A stretch of 64,000 nt of DNA from Candidatus Bathyarchaeia archaeon (GTDB lineage Archaea; Thermoproteota; Bathyarchaeia; Bathyarchaeales; Bathycorpusculaceae): NCBI GenBank assembly GCA_049516875.1, contig JBEKSS010000008.1:34433-98432 (forward strand), written 5' to 3'. Shown here in pieces: positions 59,946 to 64,000 of this stretch. Position 1 is the first letter of the stretch; each line of letters starts with the position of its first letter. Under the pieces are notes generated by a model. It did no database searches. It was not told where the DNA came from and saw only the letters and a list, made by a program, of their open reading frames with translations. The position numbers and the translations under genes are program-made.

Positions 59946-60341
59946 TTGACCGTGGAGAACGTGTCCGATGTAAATGCGAGTGATTGGGCAGAAGAGGTTT
60001 CCAAGCCTACGGTCCTGACGGTCATCTATTTTTGGCATACCCAATGCCCTTGGTGTCTCAGACTTAATCCCATCTTCGGCGAAATCACAAAGGAGTTTAG
60101 AGGAAAAATCAGATTTCTCAGGCTAAACGTGCTTGAAAACCCGGCTAACCAGGAGTTAGCAAGCAACTTTGGACTTATGAGCACTCCCACCCTGCTTTTC
60201 CTATGCAAAGGGAGACCTGTAGGCCAGATCGTCGGCTTTGCGTCCAAGGAAGACTTGGAGAGGGGACTGAATGATATACTTGGAAGATATCGGCAATGCC
60301 TCAGTCAAAGCACCGAACTGAGACCAGCATACATTGTATGA
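59946..60341 (+). CDS. Thioredoxin family protein
   Basis: CPWC active site, STPT cis-Pro. Confidence 0.88.
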   Translation: MTVENVSDVNASDWAEEVSKPTVLTVIYFWHTQCPWCLRLNPIFGEITKEFRGKIRFLRLNVLENPANQELASNFGLMSTPTLLFLCKGRPVGQIVGFASKEDLERGLNDILGRYRQCLSQSTELRPAYIV

Positions 60342-60469
60342 AAGACTGTATGAACAAACCTTTGGGCGATCTGTCGTACCCCGACTCGCGATTTCAATTA
60401 ATGATGCCCTCAATTCCAAACCTGAAGCGCGTGCAGATTCAGGACAGTCTGTAGTTTGCTTTTCCGCTC

Positions 60470-60588
60470 TCATTTTACTTTGGGCATCTTAATCGTGAAC
60501 ACGGCTCCTTTTCTGGGTTCGCCAACTTCCTGTATGGTCCAGCCGTAGACTTCCATCATCTTCTTTATTAGGTAAAGCCCGTAGCCTA
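60470..60588 (-). pseudogene. Histidine-kinase (HATPase) C-terminal remnant
   Basis: GYGLYLIKKMMEVYGWTIQEVGEPRKGAVFTIKMP. Similarity starts at the (GC)5 run. Confidence 0.8.
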
Positions 60589-60796
60589 GCGCGCGCGCAA
60601 GATCCGCGTGGCCAAGAAGACTAGTGAGTCCACTTTGGCTGAAAGAACCATTAGCAGCAAACAAAAAGGCCTTTGATAATTTCAATAGGTGACTCCGAGC
60701 TGCAGAGTAAGTGGGATGGGGGGGACTGCAGGATATTGGCTTGTATGCAAGATTTATTAGCATCAAGAATGAAATTTAAGAACGGAGTTACCGGGT

Positions 60797-61294
60797 TTGA
60801 GTAAGAGAGAAGAAGCACAGAGCAAGCTTCTTTTCGAGTTAATTAAAGGCGCAAGAAGAAGCGATAGAGATCTTGCAAGAGTCATGAAAATCTCACAGCC
60901 AACCGTAACTCGAAAGAGGACGATTCTGGAAAGAGAAGGTTTGATACGAGAGTATACTGTTATACCGGACCTCGAAAAAATGGGTTATCAAATATTAGCA
61001 TTTACTTTTCTGAGCTTTAACCAGCCGCCAAGACCAGAGCTAATGGAAAGAGCAAAAGAATGGGCAAAGAAACAGCCATCTTTGATATTTGCGGCGGATG
61101 GCGCAGGTATGGGCATGAACAGTGTTATGGTGTCAGCACACAAAGACTATGCTAGCTTCTCAAGGCTGGTTACCCAGCTGAGGCAAGATTGGCAGCCAAA
61201 CCTCAAGGACATGCAGAGCTTCATGATATGCGTGAATAGGCCAGAACTTTTCATAAAACAATTCTCTTTTCGCCATTTGGAGGCAAATGAATGA
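60797..61294 (+). CDS. Lrp/AsnC family regulator
   Basis: RRSDRDLARVMKISQPTVTR...IPDLEKMGY. Confidence 0.9.
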   Translation: MSKREEAQSKLLFELIKGARRSDRDLARVMKISQPTVTRKRTILEREGLIREYTVIPDLEKMGYQILAFTFLSFNQPPRPELMERAKEWAKKQPSLIFAADGAGMGMNSVMVSAHKDYASFSRLVTQLRQDWQPNLKDMQSFMICVNRPELFIKQFSFRHLEANE

Positions 61295-61402
61295 CTTTTG
61301 CGGGCGCTAAAATAGCTGACCAAATAAGGGAAGTTATGGCAAGACTAATTGTCAGAATAGAAGGGCAAGAACCGATCGGAGAGCGCCACAAAGACATTGA
61401 CT

Positions 61403-61849
61403 CTAAGAGGAAGGCAGTAGAACAGTTGAGTTCTCGCGAACCAGCATCGTTACGGATGATTCTCTTAATTCTTTGATGCGGTTGTCGACAGTTGTGCAAA
61501 TGCTCATTCGGATATTATTATTGTTTGAGGAAGAGATTCTTCCTAGTTTTGCGGCAAGTTTGGAATCACCAAGGACTTTCTCCACCCAGTTTTGAAAGTC
61601 ATTTCTCTGAAGATGGAACACTAGGCTTTCCGAGTTGACAGATTTCACCTTGCCGAGAAAGTCAGGAAGGTTTCTCGCAATTTCACCCGTTGGTTTTCCA
61701 ATAGATTCATAAAAATAGAAGGCTTCTCTGTCTCCTACCGTTCTCAGAATCTTTACAGTTTCTATATCGACCTCTAGATTGTTGTTGTCTTTTGTTTTCT
61801 TGTTTTTGGAGGACGTGTTTTTTTTCATCAAATTCACCATCAAGAGCAA
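61403..61849 (-). CDS. DUF5752-like protein
   Basis: AFYFY...SLVFHLQRNDFQNWV..VLGD. Confidence 0.75.
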   Translation of the reverse strand: MLLMVNLMKKNTSSKNKKTKDNNNLEVDIETVKILRTVGDREAFYFYESIGKPTGEIARNLPDFLGKVKSVNSESLVFHLQRNDFQNWVEKVLGDSKLAAKLGRISSSNNNNIRMSICTTVDNRIKELRESSVTMLVRENSTVLLPSS

Positions 61850-62056
61850 GCGTTAACTTGCATCCTGAGACTTAATAAACGTTCCTGGCAAAGTGTACAA
61901 CTCTCAGACAACACTAGCTATGATGTCTAGACTATCTTTTTCTACTGAAAATTGCTGCTAGCGGAATATGGAGAAATGTTGCGGCCGTCAGAGCGGTCGC
62001 TAATGATAGAAAGAGATGGACGTGCAGGGAGTGTACGTTATTCATTTGTTTAGAAC

Positions 62057-62560
62057 TTAGTCTTCTCCAAACTTGTTGAAGCCTACTATTTCTTCAACAC
62101 GCTTCCTTTTTCTGGGCTGCGGTTTTTCAGCGGGATATCCAAATGATATAAGAGCTACAACGTTCCAGCTTTCGGGGATGCTGAGGAGTTTCTTGACTTT
62201 TTCTTCACTGAAGTCTCCTATCCAACACGAACCTATTCCCAAAGCCCAAGCAGCAATAACCATGTTCTCCAATGCGATAGTAGTGCTGACAATTGACCAT
62301 TTTCCAGCAATAAGATCCTTATGAGCACATCCCACAATGCAAACTGGAGCATCCTTGATGAATCTGCTAAACGCCCCATTAGACAATTTCTTCTTGATTT
62401 CAGAATCAGTCAACACGATGAAGTGCCAAGGTTGCTTATTGGCCGCTGATGGAGCCTGTCTGCCAGCCTCAAGAATCTTGTCTAAAACATCTCTAGGAAT
62501 CTCTTTTTGCTCATAACGTCTTATGCTTCTTCTGCTGAGAACAACGTCAACAAGAGACAT
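62057..62560 (-). CDS. Nitroreductase
   Basis: RRSIRRY, APSAANKQPW, GIGSCWIG. Confidence 0.93.
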   Translation of the reverse strand: MSLVDVVLSRRSIRRYEQKEIPRDVLDKILEAGRQAPSAANKQPWHFIVLTDSEIKKKLSNGAFSRFIKDAPVCIVGCAHKDLIAGKWSIVSTTIALENMVIAAWALGIGSCWIGDFSEEKVKKLLSIPESWNVVALISFGYPAEKPQPRKRKRVEEIVGFNKFGED

Positions 62561-62682
62561 AAACACCCTTCAAACAGTTGTTGCTTCCAATTTCAAATAA
62601 CTGTTACTCACATTTTGGGAGAGACCTGAGGGAACTAAGAGGCTGAAGAGAGATTGGCTTAATGCGCGCGCAACGATTGAGA

Positions 62683-62769
62683 CTACTTCTTTAAGCGTTT
62701 CTCCTTATGCTTTCTTCTTTTCTCTTCTCTTTCCTTCTTAGTCATTGGTTTCTTCTTAGCACTTCCCAT
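62683..62769 (-). CDS. 28-aa highly basic peptide
   Basis: MGSAKKKPMTKKEREEKRRKHKEKRLKK, with GGTGA RBS upstream. Confidence 0.5.
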   Translation of the reverse strand: MGSAKKKPMTKKEREEKRRKHKEKRLKK

Positions 62770-62886
62770 GCTCAACACAATCACCGCGGTAAAATACTCA
62801 GAATAGGGAATTGAATTTTCGCACGCGCTAGGCAGGTGAGAACTGGGAAGTTTGAAAGAAGTGGGCTCGTGTGCACGTGGTGGACG

Positions 62887-63031
62887 TCAGTGCGAGATTG
62901 AAAAGGCTTTTTGGAGTATGCCATTCTTATAGCCTGTGGTTTTCTTCCTGAAATATTCGATCAACATGCTTCTATCTGAAGTTCTCAGCTTGCTGTCAAG
63001 GATGAATTGATAGATGTCCTCCCATCTAACT
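62887..63031 (-). pseudogene. Probable C-terminal gene remnant
   Basis: VRWEDIYQFIL...YFRKKTTGYKNGILQKAF. Protein-like only downstream of CGCGCGC. Confidence 0.45.
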
Positions 63032-63477
63032 CGCGCGCTAGACATGATGAATGGCACAAGTTCTATGTGTTTCTGCCTCTGATTTTTCAAATCTGGCAAC
63101 ATTCTTCTTTTCTCCTCACTTTCTCAAGATTCCTCTTTCCATGTTTCCATTTTGCGTGACTTTTCATTCTTTTCAAAAATCGTTTTCTTTTCCTCTCTTC
63201 TTCCTAGATCGTTTCAAGCTAAATCTTCCTTCCTAGAATTACATAGTGACAATAAACAAGGATTGCAACCTATCACCTAAATGCGAAGTGAATGCTGTGT
63301 CTAAAATCGGAATCTTGAATAAGGGAGTCGCGTGAAAATATCCTCAGGCTGCTCTGTTGTTTGGTCGCTTTATAAGGAAGTATGCGTAGTATAGGGCAGT
63401 AGCGTTCTGTCGCTGAAGGACGAGAAGAACACAGTAACGTTACATGTAACAATCAATGACGAAAGGAGTGATGGAAA

Positions 63478-63765
63478 ATGTCGGAAAAATCGGGAATTGT
63501 TTTCATTGGAAGTAAACCTGCAATGAGCTATGTTCTAGCGATTATTACAAGCCTATCCGCGAGCAATGCTAAAGAAATAACCTTGAAGGCCAGAGGACGA
63601 GCAATTACGACAGCTGTTGACGCAGCTGAAATAACCAGAAGCCGCTTCCTAAAAGACCTAAAAGTCAGCAAGATCGCCATCGGAACAGAGGAGATGCCCG
63701 CAAGAGAAGGCGAAAGCAGAGCACGGATGGTTTCAACATTGGAAATAATCCTTGCAAAAGAGTAG
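63478..63765 (+). CDS. albA: DNA/RNA-binding protein Alba
   Basis: VFIGSKPAMSYVLA...KARGRAITTAVD...VSTLEI. Confidence 0.95.
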   Translation: MSEKSGIVFIGSKPAMSYVLAIITSLSASNAKEITLKARGRAITTAVDAAEITRSRFLKDLKVSKIAIGTEEMPAREGESRARMVSTLEIILAKE

Positions 63766-64000
63766 GAAAACCTTGCGAAACACGCGTGAAAAGTAAACAT
63801 TAAGACACCGCGTTTTTTTTGCGTCTCCAAATGTTTTGGAAAACAAGTTTTTTGACAGTTTTGTTTTCTCGTGCGCGCCGATGAGGAATGTTCAACCGAA
63901 GGCGATAGGCGGTTAACGTGTGAAGCTTTTATTCGTAGAATATGAGGTTTTGTTCCTCCAAGCTTCTGTGAAGCTTATGCACTGCGTCATAAACGTCCTG

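Noticed and set aside
60599-60766. N-terminal part of the 98-aa ORF
   Set aside because: Not kinase-like; chance open frame upstream of the junction.
1-64000. CRISPR arrays, rRNA, reverse transcriptase, intact transposase
   Set aside because: None recognised in the window.

Overview
Archaeal genomic DNA, most consistent with a TACK lineage such as Bathyarchaeia (inferred from the archaeal r-protein operon with L34e, plus Alba, an Elf1-like gene and tetraether synthase). Positions 1 to about 16,860 are a more AT-rich integrated defence island whose left end lies outside the window. It carries PD-(D/E)xK nucleases, a BrxD-like ATPase operon, an MvaI/BcnI-type endonuclease, a type II R-M pair, an RmuC-like protein, AbrB and RHH regulators, and a Zn-ribbon tyrosine recombinase. 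The rest is core genome: acyl-CoA ligase, tes, hypFCDE, the L22-to-cmk ribosomal cluster, glycosyltransferases, DNA ligase, tRNA-Cys, MgtA, redox-stress genes and Alba. Two observations stand out. (1) Alternating (CG)n runs sit exactly at the junctions of truncated or captured gene fragments: an internally deleted adk, a histidine-kinase tail, and a PQQ-repeat fragment bracketed by two identical AGCGCGCGCT. This suggests an undescribed end-joining signature. (2) A wHTH/PUR-like regulator, a divergent TGT-fold protein, a degenerate tRNA-like RNA and a 2-TM protein form one co-oriented module. All family calls come from motif recognition by eye; no searches were run.
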